Assembly: GCA_964516665.1 (NCBI GenBank)
Contig: CAZEXG010000002.1
Span: 1 to 53,639 of the forward strand
Reading direction: 5' to 3'
Length of the DNA: 53,639 nt
Source: an uncultured Gammaproteobacteria bacterium
Lineage (GTDB): Bacteria; Patescibacteriota; Microgenomatia; UBA12405
How positions within the stretch are numbered: the first letter of the stretch is position 1; each line of letters opens with the position of its first letter. A program made the translations under genes and the position numbers. This document shows, one piece after another, positions 9,556 through 19,316 of this stretch. The notes beneath the pieces were generated by a model, which was given only the letters and a program-made list of their open reading frames with translations, searched no databases and was not told the DNA's origin.

Positions 9556-10950
9556 ATGACTCTAAATCAATTAACTCTCAAAGAAGCCCGTGATGGTCTA
9601 AAAGCCAAGAAATTTTCTGCCGCCGAACTGGTTAAAGCTTGTTTTGACCAGATTAAAAAGGTCGACTCAAAACTAAATTGTTTCGTCACTAAATGTGAGA
9701 CAGAAGCCCTAAAACAGGCCGAAACTGCCGATATTTCTCTGCCACTTGGTGGCATTCCTATTGCCATTAAAGATAATTTTTTAACTACAGGTATTAAAAC
9801 CACCGCCTCCTCCAAATTATTGGACAATTATGTTGCTCAATACAATGCCACTACTATCGAAAAGATTAAAAGTGCCGGAGCCATCATTATTGGTAAAACC
9901 AATATGGACGCTTGGGCTCATGGTTCCAGTACTGAAACTTCCGACTACGGTCCCACTTTAAATCCTTGGAACATCGAACATCTTCCTGGTGGTTCCAGTG
10001 GTGGTTCTACTGCTGCCATTGCCGCCGATGAAAGCATTATCGCCACCGGTTCTGAAACAGCCGGTTCCATTCGTCAGCCTGCTTCCTGGTGTGGTGTCGT
10101 TGGCTTTAAACCCACCTATGGTCGCGTTTCTCGTTATGGCGTTATCGCCATGAAATCATCAACCGATTCTCCGGGACCAATTGCTAAAACAGTTGATGAT
10201 GCCGCTGATCTTTTGGAGATTATGTCCGGTTACGATCCTCACGACGCCACTTCTATTGACGATACCTCATGGAAAAAACCTGAGTTAAGGCCAAATTTGA
10301 ACGGTCTCAAAATTGGTTTGCCCGCTTCTTATTTCCCTTCCCAAACTCAAACAGAAGTTAAAAATGCCGTTTTAGCTGCCGCCGATACTCTCAAAAAACT
10401 TGGTGCTGAAATCATCGAATTGCCCGATGTTTTAGATCCAAAATACTCTATTGCTGTTTACACCATTCTCCAGCGTTCCGAAGTTTCCAGTAACCTTGCC
10501 CGTTTTGACGGTGTTCGCTATGGTCACGATCGTTCCTATTTCGGTACCGAGGCCAAGCGTCGCATTATGTTGGGAACCTATTCACTTTCGGCTGGTTATT
10601 ATGATGCTTATTATTTAAAAGCACAGAAAGTTCGCACCCTTATTTGTCAGGATTTTGACAAACAATTTCAAAAAGTTGACGCTATTATCGGTCCCGTTTC
10701 TCCCAGCACCGCTCTAAAAATCGGCGCCTCTGAAGGCCAGGCTATGTTTGGTGAAATTCAGGATATGTTAGTTGAACCTTCAAGTATTGCCGGTTTACCG
10801 GGAATTTCTCTTCCTTGCGGCTTTGACAAAATTGGTCTTCCCATTGGTCTTCAAATTATGGCTCCTCAAAAACGTGAAGATCTTGTCTACCAAATCGCCA
10901 AATTATTTGAAGATAATACCGAATATCATTTACAAAGACCAAAACTATGA
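9556..10950 (+). CDS. gatA: Asp/Glu-tRNA amidotransferase subunit A
   Basis: Amidase signature GGSSGGSTAAIA...GSETAGSIRQPAS. I place the start at ATG 9556 (MTLNQLTLKEARDGL), just after the gatC stop, rather than the track start at 9511. Confidence 0.95.
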   Translation: MTLNQLTLKEARDGLKAKKFSAAELVKACFDQIKKVDSKLNCFVTKCETEALKQAETADISLPLGGIPIAIKDNFLTTGIKTTASSKLLDNYVAQYNATTIEKIKSAGAIIIGKTNMDAWAHGSSTETSDYGPTLNPWNIEHLPGGSSGGSTAAIAADESIIATGSETAGSIRQPASWCGVVGFKPTYGRVSRYGVIAMKSSTDSPGPIAKTVDDAADLLEIMSGYDPHDATSIDDTSWKKPELRPNLNGLKIGLPASYFPSQTQTEVKNAVLAAADTLKKLGAEIIELPDVLDPKYSIAVYTILQRSEVSSNLARFDGVRYGHDRSYFGTEAKRRIMLGTYSLSAGYYDAYYLKAQKVRTLICQDFDKQFQKVDAIIGPVSPSTALKIGASEGQAMFGEIQDMLVEPSSIAGLPGISLPCGFDKIGLPIGLQIMAPQKREDLVYQIAKLFEDNTEYHLQRPKL

Positions 10951-11513
10951 GCAACGTTATTGTCGTCTTAGGTACAGGTATCAAGGAAGATGGTTCTTTG
11001 CCGGCAAGCAGTATCGCCTGTGTTAAAAAAGCAGTTGAACTTCAAAAAGAAAATAAAGTTTTTAAAATTTTATTTTCTGGGAAATGGGCTTGGAATTTGA
11101 ATTACCAACCACCTATTACTGAAGCTAAAGCCATGGAAAAACTGGCCAAAGAATACGGCGCCACCTATATCTCCATTGGTGAAGAAGGGCAAACCACAGT
11201 CCACAACCTATGTTGGGTAAAAATGAGATATTTAAAATGGCACAATTATTTTTCACCAATTTTTATCATAGCTTCACCCATTCTTAAAGATCGATTTGAA
11301 TACAATGTAAAAATGGTTCTCGGTCCAGAGTATCATTACCAAATTATTTGTGCCGATTCCGACTATCCTAAAGAAAAAATTGATCAGCTCAAAGAATTGG
11401 AAAAACAAAAACTGCAAGACTGTATTAAATTTTATGAAGGAATTGTTCCTGGAGACGATCAAAAAATTTATGAATTGTCTCTGAAGGATCTTAAAGAAAA
11501 TTATCAAAAATAA
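10947..11513 (+). CDS. DUF218 / YdcF-family protein
   Basis: 188 aa. N-terminus VIVVLGTGIKEDGSLPASSIACVKKAVEL fits the DUF218 pattern. ATGA overlap with the gatA stop, and 1 nt before the gatB ATG. Confidence 0.65.
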   Translation: MSNVIVVLGTGIKEDGSLPASSIACVKKAVELQKENKVFKILFSGKWAWNLNYQPPITEAKAMEKLAKEYGATYISIGEEGQTTVHNLCWVKMRYLKWHNYFSPIFIIASPILKDRFEYNVKMVLGPEYHYQIICADSDYPKEKIDQLKELEKQKLQDCIKFYEGIVPGDDQKIYELSLKDLKENYQK

Positions 11514-11514
11514 T

Positions 11515-12924
11515 ATGACTACCACTCCCATCATCGGCCTTGAAGTCCATGTTGAACTAAAAACCAAATCAAAAATGTTTTGCGGCTGTAGCGCCGATCA
11601 TTTTCATGTCGAGCCCAACACTCACACTTGTCCTGTCTGTCTCGGTCTCCCTGGCGCCCTGCCGGTTCCCAATCAAAGTGCCTGTGAATGGTGTATCAAA
11701 TTAGGTCTGGCTTTAGGCTGTTCTATTAACGAAGAAACTTTTTTTGAGCGCAAAAATTATTTTTATCCCGACCTTGCCAAGGGCTATCAGATTACTCAAC
11801 TTCAAAAACCTTTTGCTATTAATGGTCATCTAAACATTGATGGTCACGACATCCGCATCAACCGCGCTCACATGGAAGAAGATACTGGTAAATCAGTTCA
11901 TATTGATGCTTCTACTTTATTAGATTTCAACCGTTCTGGCGTCCCTTTGGTTGAAATTGTTTCCGAACCTGATATTCAATCTGCTGAAGAAGCTAAAAAA
12001 TATCTAAACAAATTACAACAAATTATCCGTTATATCGGTATTTCTGATGCTGATATTGAAAAAGGTTCTATGCGCTGTGAACCGACTGTCAATGTCAAAA
12101 TCGAAGATGAATCCGGTACTTATTACACCCCTCTTGCTGAAATCAAAAATGTCGCTTCCTTAACCGGCGTCATGAATGCCATTAATTTCGAAATTAAACG
12201 TCAAATTGATCAGTATCAATCTGACAAAATTGTCAAAAATTCTACTAATAAAACCACTCGCGGTTGGGACGCTGACAAAAATCACACTTTCTTACAACGG
12301 GAAAAAGAGGGGAGTGCCGACTATCGTTATTTCCCAGAGCCCGACATTCCTCCTATAACTTTTACTCCTGATCAAATTGAATCTATTCGGACCACCATTC
12401 CTGAGCTTCCCGACGCCAAAATTGCCAAATATAAATCTCTTGGCCTTTCCGACTACGACGCCAATCTTTTATCCGAGACCAAAGAATCTGCCGCTATTTT
12501 TGATAAAATTATTGCCCTCGACAACTCCGCTGAATTTGCCAAATTCTCGGCTAATTTATTGATTGGTCCCTTAAAAACAATTGATACTGATATCGATAAG
12601 ATCAATCCTGATCATTTCAAAAAATTATTTGATAATAAATCTCAACTTTCTTCCACAGCTATTAAGCAATTAATTCTGGATGCCTGCCAAAGTGGTTCTG
12701 ATCCACTCATTCTCGCCCAAGAACAGCATCTTTTTCAGGTCTCAGATACTGCCGCCATAGAAGAAATTGCCAAAAAAGTTCTAGCTGACAATCCCAAGGC
12801 AGTTGCTGACTATCAAAAGAATCCCATGTCTATTGGCTTTTTAGTTGGCCAGGTGATGAAAGCCTCTCAAGGTTCAGCCAACCCCCAACTTGCTCGGGAA
12901 ATTTTGGAAAAACTGCTCAAATAA
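11515..12924 (+). CDS. gatB: Asp/Glu-tRNA amidotransferase subunit B
   Basis: 469 aa. IGLEVHVELKT.SKMFCGC, CPVCLGLPGALP, NRAHMEEDTGK, C-terminal GatB/YqeY domain. Confidence 0.95.
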   Translation: MTTTPIIGLEVHVELKTKSKMFCGCSADHFHVEPNTHTCPVCLGLPGALPVPNQSACEWCIKLGLALGCSINEETFFERKNYFYPDLAKGYQITQLQKPFAINGHLNIDGHDIRINRAHMEEDTGKSVHIDASTLLDFNRSGVPLVEIVSEPDIQSAEEAKKYLNKLQQIIRYIGISDADIEKGSMRCEPTVNVKIEDESGTYYTPLAEIKNVASLTGVMNAINFEIKRQIDQYQSDKIVKNSTNKTTRGWDADKNHTFLQREKEGSADYRYFPEPDIPPITFTPDQIESIRTTIPELPDAKIAKYKSLGLSDYDANLLSETKESAAIFDKIIALDNSAEFAKFSANLLIGPLKTIDTDIDKINPDHFKKLFDNKSQLSSTAIKQLILDACQSGSDPLILAQEQHLFQVSDTAAIEEIAKKVLADNPKAVADYQKNPMSIGFLVGQVMKASQGSANPQLAREILEKLLK

Positions 12925-13356
12925 TTATCTCGTCTGTGGTAACAGCGATAAAAGTCCTAAAAAATGTTCAGGGATTTTATCAACTCTCCTCTCAAATTCA
13001 TCTCGACTTTGACAAATCTTTGGTAAATTTACAAAATCTAAACCATGTTTTTCCAATTCAAAATTATATTCTATTCCCAATCTTTGACACATCCTTCTGG
13101 AAAATAAATAGCATTCCCTTTCTTCCTCAAAAGTAGAACCTACCCCTAAATATGCATGTCCGACCTCATGAAAAAATAAAGTCCCAAACTCGTTTGTATT
13201 TTCCGATTTACCCATCATCACTTTTTTTTCACGGCAGCCCCAATGGTCGCTAAATTCAGCTCTCCTTACAATTTCTATTAACGCTAAATCTTCTTCCGCC
13301 CCCGACTTATTCAATTTATCAATTACTTCCCGGTAATATTTTTCTTCTTCTCCCAT
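12925..13356 (-). CDS. Small HEXXH metallopeptidase-like protein (ImmA/IrrE-like motif)
   Basis: 143 aa with TLFFHEVGHAYLG. Its stop codon directly abuts the gatB stop. Confidence 0.45.
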   Translation of the reverse strand: MGEEEKYYREVIDKLNKSGAEEDLALIEIVRRAEFSDHWGCREKKVMMGKSENTNEFGTLFFHEVGHAYLGVGSTFEEERECYLFSRRMCQRLGIEYNFELEKHGLDFVNLPKICQSRDEFERRVDKIPEHFLGLLSLLPQTR

Positions 13357-13449
13357 TTGTCATATCATACCAAATACTATTTACCCGCCCTGATAAATTT
13401 ATTTTTTTCTAATCAATCGTTTCTCCCCCAAATCCTGGTAGACTATTTT

Positions 13450-14310
13450 ATGAAATGGTTCTTATCTTCCTTACTTCTTATTTTTATCCTAAGTATAGGT
13501 CTTTTTTGTAAATCATATTTTGACCTTTATCGGGAATTAAATATTCATGCCACGGAAATAAGCAGTAACTCGCCTTTACTCCAAAAAGCCGAACTCAAGT
13601 ATCACCTTGGCCATGATGGTCAAAAAATTGCCTATTATTCCTTTCCGGTAAAAAAACCCAAAGCCGCCATAATTTTAGTTCATGGATACAGTAATCCCGG
13701 TGGTAAAAATCAGATGCTTGATCACGTTGATTATTTAAATAAAGCTGGTTATTCTGCCTATTTACTTGACCTTCGTTCTTTTGGTGACAGTGACGGTAAA
13801 AAAATATCTCTCGGTACCAAAGAATGGTTGGATCTACTTTCTTTTTATGACTACCTTCGTCTCCTTCCCGAAAATAAAAATTTAAAAATCGGTTATTTTG
13901 GTTTTTCCATGGGTGCTTCTGCTTCCATCACTGCTTTGGCTCAAAGTGGCAAGGGCGACTTTTTGATTGCCTCTGTCCCTTTTTCCAGCCCTGAATCGCT
14001 TTATTCTTTTCGCTTAAAACAAAATAAAATTTTATCCTTTTTTACTAAACTTGCTCTTCGGGCCCAGCTAGGCTTTAACTTTCCTCAGTATTCTGCCATT
14101 AACAATATCTCTAAAATTCGTGTTCCCCTTTTGATTTTTCAAGCCACCAAAGATGAATATGTCAACCAAAACGATGCTCAAGATTTGTATAATTTAGCCA
14201 ATTCTCCCAAAGAATTTTGGCAAGCCAACTCCGGCCATGATATCCACTCCGCTTTACCCCAAGATTTTCAGCAACGTGTCCTCAACTTTTTGAACAAAAA
14301 TCTTAACTAG
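13450..14310 (+). CDS. Alpha/beta-hydrolase, membrane-anchored or secreted
   Basis: Nucleophile elbow GFSMGAS, HG oxyanion region VHGYS, late D...H. I prefer ATG 13450 (MKWFLSSLLLIFILSIGLFC, an N-terminal TM segment) over the TTG at 13357 in the track. Confidence 0.8.
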   Translation: MKWFLSSLLLIFILSIGLFCKSYFDLYRELNIHATEISSNSPLLQKAELKYHLGHDGQKIAYYSFPVKKPKAAIILVHGYSNPGGKNQMLDHVDYLNKAGYSAYLLDLRSFGDSDGKKISLGTKEWLDLLSFYDYLRLLPENKNLKIGYFGFSMGASASITALAQSGKGDFLIASVPFSSPESLYSFRLKQNKILSFFTKLALRAQLGFNFPQYSAINNISKIRVPLLIFQATKDEYVNQNDAQDLYNLANSPKEFWQANSGHDIHSALPQDFQQRVLNFLNKNLN

Positions 14311-15043
14311 CTTCTCCGTATAATTTTCCATCGCTTAGACCTAGCTCTTTAGGAATATCTGCTTTTAGTCCACCAATATGACTTTCTCTCCATAATCCCA
14401 AATATGTTTTTAAAGCCTTCATTGCATCCACTTGTTTTTCTTCACTAACTGCCCTTCTTTCCGGCATAATAATTAAATCTAATCCTTCCATCTCCCATTC
14501 TCCCAAATATCTTCTTTGCAGATAAATATCATTGTGTTTGTCTGCCTCGTCGCTTTCAACTAAAATAAATTTTTCTCCTTTATTGGCAAAAATGCTTGGA
14601 TCTTTATAAAAATCTCCTTTATTTATCGCCCATTTACTAAATCTCTCTAAAAAATCATAATTCCTCCCTCCATAAAAACGTTGAATTACCATTTCCGCTC
14701 CGCTGCTGATTTTTCCCTGATCTCGATACCTAGCCAAAGCTACTTTAAAGTATCTGATGGTATCACTGGCAATCACCGGAACGCTTTTTTTCGCAATTAC
14801 TTCTTCTGCTTCAGTTCTTAATCCGGAAAAGGGGATTCTAGAGATTATTTCCGATCTTAGCGACCATTTCTCGCCAAAACCTTTTTCTGCCAGCTTTCGG
14901 TAAACATCTACCGCTCTCCTCCCTTTGGTCCAGAAAATTACTCTGTCGCCTTCTTCTCTCAACCCTTTAACATATTCCGGCATTCCCGGATAGCTAAACA
15001 AGCCGTGAACATCCATTACAATTAATCTTCTTTCCATGCTCAT
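14303..15043 (-). CDS. Hypothetical protein, 246 aa (weak HAD-like pattern)
   Basis: Intact ORF. N-terminal LIVMDVHGLF loosely resembles HAD motif I, but with His replacing the second Asp. Overlaps the hydrolase 3' end by 8 nt, convergently. Confidence 0.45.
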   Translation of the reverse strand: MSMERRLIVMDVHGLFSYPGMPEYVKGLREEGDRVIFWTKGRRAVDVYRKLAEKGFGEKWSLRSEIISRIPFSGLRTEAEEVIAKKSVPVIASDTIRYFKVALARYRDQGKISSGAEMVIQRFYGGRNYDFLERFSKWAINKGDFYKDPSIFANKGEKFILVESDEADKHNDIYLQRRYLGEWEMEGLDLIIMPERRAVSEEKQVDAMKALKTYLGLWRESHIGGLKADIPKELGLSDGKLYGEAS

Positions 15044-15093
15044 TCTTACTACTATTGTAGCAGATTGTTTCTCTCCCCAACAATCAGTAAAAT

Positions 15094-18000
15094 ATGCCAG
15101 TGTCTACCTTTAGTCTAGAGTATCAAAAATTAAATTCCGAACAAAAACTAGCTGTCGATACTATTGAAGGTCCGGTGATGGTTATTGCCGGCGCCGGTAC
15201 TGGAAAAACTCAAACTATTGCCCTTAGAATTGGCAAAATTCTTGAAGAAACCCAAGTTAATCCCAGCAATATTCTCTGTTTAACCTTTACTGAAAATGCT
15301 GCCCTTAATATGAGGGAAAGGCTTCTCAATCTCATTGGCCCCGCCTCTTATTCCGTTCGCATTGCTACCTTTCATGGCTTCTGTAATTCCATTATTAAAG
15401 ATCATCCGGAATATTTCCTTAATTCTGCCCTCGAATCGGAAGCTATTGATGATGTCACTCAAATTGAAATTATCCGTTCTTTAATCGATAAACTTCCTAC
15501 CTCCTCTCCGCTAAAAAATCTGAATTTTACTTATTTTTACCAAAAAGATATTATCTCCTCTCTTTCCACCCTCAAAAAAGAGGACATCACTCCTTCCCGT
15601 TTTTTGGAATTAATCACTTACGCTGCCGATTTTGTATCTCTTGCCATTCCTTTTTCCGAAAAACTCAGCACTATCCGGGCTACTCCCAAAGCCTCGGCTG
15701 AAATTGTTGCTCTAATTTCCGATTTATCCGCCGAGCCTAAATTAAATTCTCTTTATCAAGTCCGTCTTAAATATTTTCTCCAACTTTATCAATCCGAAGC
15801 TCTTAGCCTCTCTGAATTAAAGAAAAATATCAGGGACTTTATCGACAACACCAGTAATAATTTACCCAAACTCAAGGACCTATCTACTATTTATCAATCC
15901 TATCAACAAAGTCTTTTAGACCGGGCTTTATATGACTACGAGGATATGATTCTCTGGGTAATTGCCGCTCTCCAACAACATCCCGAACTCTTAACCCAAT
16001 ATCAAGAACTCTATCAATATCTCCTGGTTGATGAATTTCAGGATACCAATTCTGCTCAAATGGAAATCCTTAATCTTCTTACCCAAAAACAGGACAAGCC
16101 CAATCTTTTTGTTGTCGGCGATGATGACCAGTCTATTTACCGTTTTCAGGGTGCCTCTGTCGAAAACGTTTATACCTTTTATCAAAAATACGAACACGAT
16201 ATTAAATTAATTGTTTTAAAAAACAACTACCGCAGCCACCAGCTAATTTTAGACTCATCGGAAAATGTCATCAGTCATAACCAAAGCCGAATTACCCAAT
16301 ATATCGGCCATTTAGATAAATCATTAAAATCGATTTCCACTTATGATCCTGATCCGATAAATCTTTTTGCCGCTAATTCACAAACTGAAGAAAATTATTG
16401 GATTGTTCAAAAAATTAAAAAATTGGTTGATTCCGGCACTTCTCCTAATAGTATTGCTGTTCTCTACCGCAACAACGCTGACATCAATGATCTTTTGCCC
16501 TACCTTTCCCAAAATGCTCTTCGTTATCTCCGCTCCGACGCTGTCAATATTCTCGACACCTTGGAAATCCAGCAACTTTTAACCCTTCTAAAATACCTGG
16601 CTAATCCTACCGATGACACCCTTCTTTTTCATCTTCTATCCTTTAATTTTATTAACTTTAAGCCCTTAAATCTTTATCAACTTTTCGCTCTTGCCCACAA
16701 AAAACATCTATCCCTTTCTGAACTGATTTCTGATCAGGACACTCTTATCCAAAATAACTTCTCTCCTAAATTTATCAGGCGTCTACGCAATTTCACTCTC
16801 CGTGTCGCCAAAGTTCAAAAGAAAAATCAAAATCTTCCTGCCGATAAATTGTTTGATTATATTATCCGCAAATTTAATTATCTGCCTTATCTTCTCGAAA
16901 GTCGGGACCTTTCTCTTCTCCAGCAACTTAACACCCTTTATTCCCACCTCAAACAATCGCTTAGTGTCGACAAAACCGATCTTTTTACTTGGGTCAAAAA
17001 ACTGGATTTACTTTTCGAAAACAACATTCCTCTCAACTCTTCTCCTCTCCAAAGCGAATTGGAATCTTCTCTTCGTCTCATGACTGTTCACAAGGCCAAA
17101 GGTTTAGAATTCGACCATGTTTTTCTGATTAAAGTTTTATCCGGAAAATGGGATAATTCTTCTTCACGTTCCCTGATTAAATTACCTCTAGGCATTCTTC
17201 GCTACGATATCGCCCTCTCGGATAATCTCGAGGAAGAACGTCGCCTTTTTTACGTCGCCTTAACTCGGGCCAAAAAACAGCTTTACCTTTCCTATTCCCG
17301 TTTCAATGACTCCCGTCGCGAGCAACTTGCTTCCCAATTTATCAGTGAAATTAATCCTCAACTTTTAGAAAAAATTAATTCCGATTCAGAGATAGAAGCT
17401 TCGGCCCTCAAGACTCTTTTTTCTCCTGCCATTCCCAAACTTCAGTCTCCTGATTTAAGCTCTTATCTTCAGAATTATCTTTCCACCCGCTATCGCTTTA
17501 ACATTACTCACCTCAACTCTTACCTCAAATGTCCTCTTTGTTTTTTCTTTAAAACAATTCTCCATTTACCCTATCCTAAGAGTAAATCACTTTCATTTGG
17601 AACCAGTATCCATGGAGCTTTGGCCTATCTCACTGAAGTTTATAAACAGGAAAAACATCTTATTCCTTTGGAAAAATTCATCTATATTTTTGATCAAAAT
17701 CTCAAACGGGAAAATCTTTCCTCAAATGATTACCAAGATTTGCTCCAACACGGTCATCAAGTTTTAACCGACTATTATTCCCATTATCAATCCGACTTTA
17801 ATGGCAATTGTCTCACTGAACACGATTTCAAATTTTATAATGTCCGCCTTAACGATATTCCTCTCACCGGTAAAATCGACAAGATTGAATTTTTATCCGG
17901 AAATACCATTAATGTTGTCGATTACAAAACGGGTAAACCTGATTCCAAATATCAACAACTTGGTCCGGAAGGGGATTATTTCCGCCAACTTGTTTTCTAT

Positions 18001-18249
18001 AAATTACTTTGTTCCGAGGCCAAAGGCTTCCCTTATGAAGTTGTTTCCGGCACCATCGATTTTATTGAAAAAAATAATAAAAATTTATATGTCCGCAAAA
18101 ATTATTCCCTAACCAACGATGATGTTGATAAATTAAAACAACAAATTGCTGAAGTTTTTTCCAAAATCAAATCTCTCGACTTCACCCCCAATCCCAAATG
18201 CGAAGATAAAGACCACCTCCATTACTTATTCGACAAATATTTTAAGTAA
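15094..18249 (+). CDS. UvrD-family helicase fused to a C-terminal PD-(D/E)XK (RecB/AddA-like) nuclease domain
   Basis: 1051 aa. AGAGTGKT, DEFQDTN, VGDDDQSIYRFQGA, NYRS, TVHKAKGLEFDHVF, YVALTRAK. The C-terminal domain then has ...GKIDKIEF....VVDYKTGKP...YFRQLVFYKLL. Confidence 0.85.
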   Translation: MPVSTFSLEYQKLNSEQKLAVDTIEGPVMVIAGAGTGKTQTIALRIGKILEETQVNPSNILCLTFTENAALNMRERLLNLIGPASYSVRIATFHGFCNSIIKDHPEYFLNSALESEAIDDVTQIEIIRSLIDKLPTSSPLKNLNFTYFYQKDIISSLSTLKKEDITPSRFLELITYAADFVSLAIPFSEKLSTIRATPKASAEIVALISDLSAEPKLNSLYQVRLKYFLQLYQSEALSLSELKKNIRDFIDNTSNNLPKLKDLSTIYQSYQQSLLDRALYDYEDMILWVIAALQQHPELLTQYQELYQYLLVDEFQDTNSAQMEILNLLTQKQDKPNLFVVGDDDQSIYRFQGASVENVYTFYQKYEHDIKLIVLKNNYRSHQLILDSSENVISHNQSRITQYIGHLDKSLKSISTYDPDPINLFAANSQTEENYWIVQKIKKLVDSGTSPNSIAVLYRNNADINDLLPYLSQNALRYLRSDAVNILDTLEIQQLLTLLKYLANPTDDTLLFHLLSFNFINFKPLNLYQLFALAHKKHLSLSELISDQDTLIQNNFSPKFIRRLRNFTLRVAKVQKKNQNLPADKLFDYIIRKFNYLPYLLESRDLSLLQQLNTLYSHLKQSLSVDKTDLFTWVKKLDLLFENNIPLNSSPLQSELESSLRLMTVHKAKGLEFDHVFLIKVLSGKWDNSSSRSLIKLPLGILRYDIALSDNLEEERRLFYVALTRAKKQLYLSYSRFNDSRREQLASQFISEINPQLLEKINSDSEIEASALKTLFSPAIPKLQSPDLSSYLQNYLSTRYRFNITHLNSYLKCPLCFFFKTILHLPYPKSKSLSFGTSIHGALAYLTEVYKQEKHLIPLEKFIYIFDQNLKRENLSSNDYQDLLQHGHQVLTDYYSHYQSDFNGNCLTEHDFKFYNVRLNDIPLTGKIDKIEFLSGNTINVVDYKTGKPDSKYQQLGPEGDYFRQLVFYKLLCSEAKGFPYEVVSGTIDFIEKNNKNLYVRKNYSLTNDDVDKLKQQIAEVFSKIKSLDFTPNPKCEDKDHLHYLFDKYFK

Positions 18250-18260
18250 TGGAAAACAAA

Positions 18261-18704
18261 TTATTTAATTCCTTCTGATTTCAAAAAAGCCAGAATATCT
18301 TTCTTTTGTTTTCTTTTGGATACGACATCGTAAGCTTTTCTTGCTATTGATTCCATCGGTCTGGCTGCAAATATTCCCAGCCATGTCCCCAAAATTGCTC
18401 CACCAGTTCCAAAAATTGATTTTTCAAACAAATTTTTACCGACCATACTTCCAGCTATTCCTCCGCTTATCATTCCTGTTGCCACGCTAACATCCATTAC
18501 TCCTCCATTAATTTTTTTTGCTCTTTGCTTATTAATGTTTTTGTATTGAGCTCTAATATTAGCCAACAGGTCATTGTTTTCGCTGAGGATTAACTTTGTT
18601 TCAATTTCGCCTTTTGTTGGATCAAGCGCAGCTACCGGCTCAATTTGCCTTCGAAGATTAGCATATACATTAGGATAATTCGCTTCAATACTGTTTTCAA
18701 TCAT
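18261..18704 (-). CDS. Hypothetical protein with glycine-zipper membrane segments
   Basis: 147 aa. GMISGGIAGSMVG and GTGGAILGTWLGIFA repeats. Confidence 0.45.
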   Translation of the reverse strand: MIENSIEANYPNVYANLRRQIEPVAALDPTKGEIETKLILSENNDLLANIRAQYKNINKQRAKKINGGVMDVSVATGMISGGIAGSMVGKNLFEKSIFGTGGAILGTWLGIFAARPMESIARKAYDVVSKRKQKKDILAFLKSEGIK

Positions 18705-18760
18705 ATCCTATATTATAACAAAAAGTATACATTTTGTCAATTTATTATTCCCAAAAGTAA

Positions 18761-19300
18761 CTAGACCTGTTTTTCTTCTTTATTTGTTACCACCCGACCG
18801 CCTTGCCATTGACCCCGATAAAGATTGGTTTTTCCTTTTACTTCGTAAAACATCATGTGAACAATCCTTGCTCCCATTTCAATTTTTACCGGACATTTAC
18901 CACTGTTAAATAGAGTAAAACTTATTTCCCCACTATAACCAGGAGCTACATTTCCACCTGAAAGAATTACTCCTCCCCGATATAAAGTGCTTCTTAACCA
19001 AAAATTGGCCGTTAAATTTTCTTGTAAATTAACTTTTTCTATTATTGTTACTAATACTTGTTGTCCCGCTTTTAGTTCAAAAATCTTACTTTTCTTTTCG
19101 TCATATTCCATCAGTAATTTTGCTTCCACCGTTTTTCTATCAGTAACTCCTAAGAATGTTTCTCCCGATATCTCCCATACCTTGCCTAATCTTAGGTCAA
19201 AACCACAACCTTCCGGATTTGTTAATTCTCTTTCCGACAGCCTTTCTACTAAATTTTTTTCTTTAACTAATTTTAATAATTCATCAACTCCCAGAATCAT
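18761..19300 (-). CDS. dcd: dCTP deaminase / dUTPase-superfamily protein
   Basis: 179 aa. ...NPEGCGFDLRLG... and GNVAPGYSGEISFTLFN match the dCTP deaminase/dUTPase fold pattern. Confidence 0.75.
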   Translation of the reverse strand: MILGVDELLKLVKEKNLVERLSERELTNPEGCGFDLRLGKVWEISGETFLGVTDRKTVEAKLLMEYDEKKSKIFELKAGQQVLVTIIEKVNLQENLTANFWLRSTLYRGGVILSGGNVAPGYSGEISFTLFNSGKCPVKIEMGARIVHMMFYEVKGKTNLYRGQWQGGRVVTNKEEKQV

Positions 19301-19316
19301 GAGAAAATAATACCAT

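Noticed and set aside
15065-15093. TTGTTT-N17-TAAAAT promoter immediately abutting the helicase-nuclease ATG (15094)
   Set aside because: The -10 hexamer ends directly at the ATG, so a transcript started 6-8 nt downstream would lack the start codon. Either the promoter match is fortuitous in AT-rich sequence or the true start is elsewhere. I did not report it as a feature.
4528-18249. The two UvrD-family helicases as a DNA-level duplication or repeat
   Set aside because: The similarity is confined to conserved helicase motifs at the protein level. No extended nucleotide identity is visible, so they are ancient paralogues rather than a repeat.
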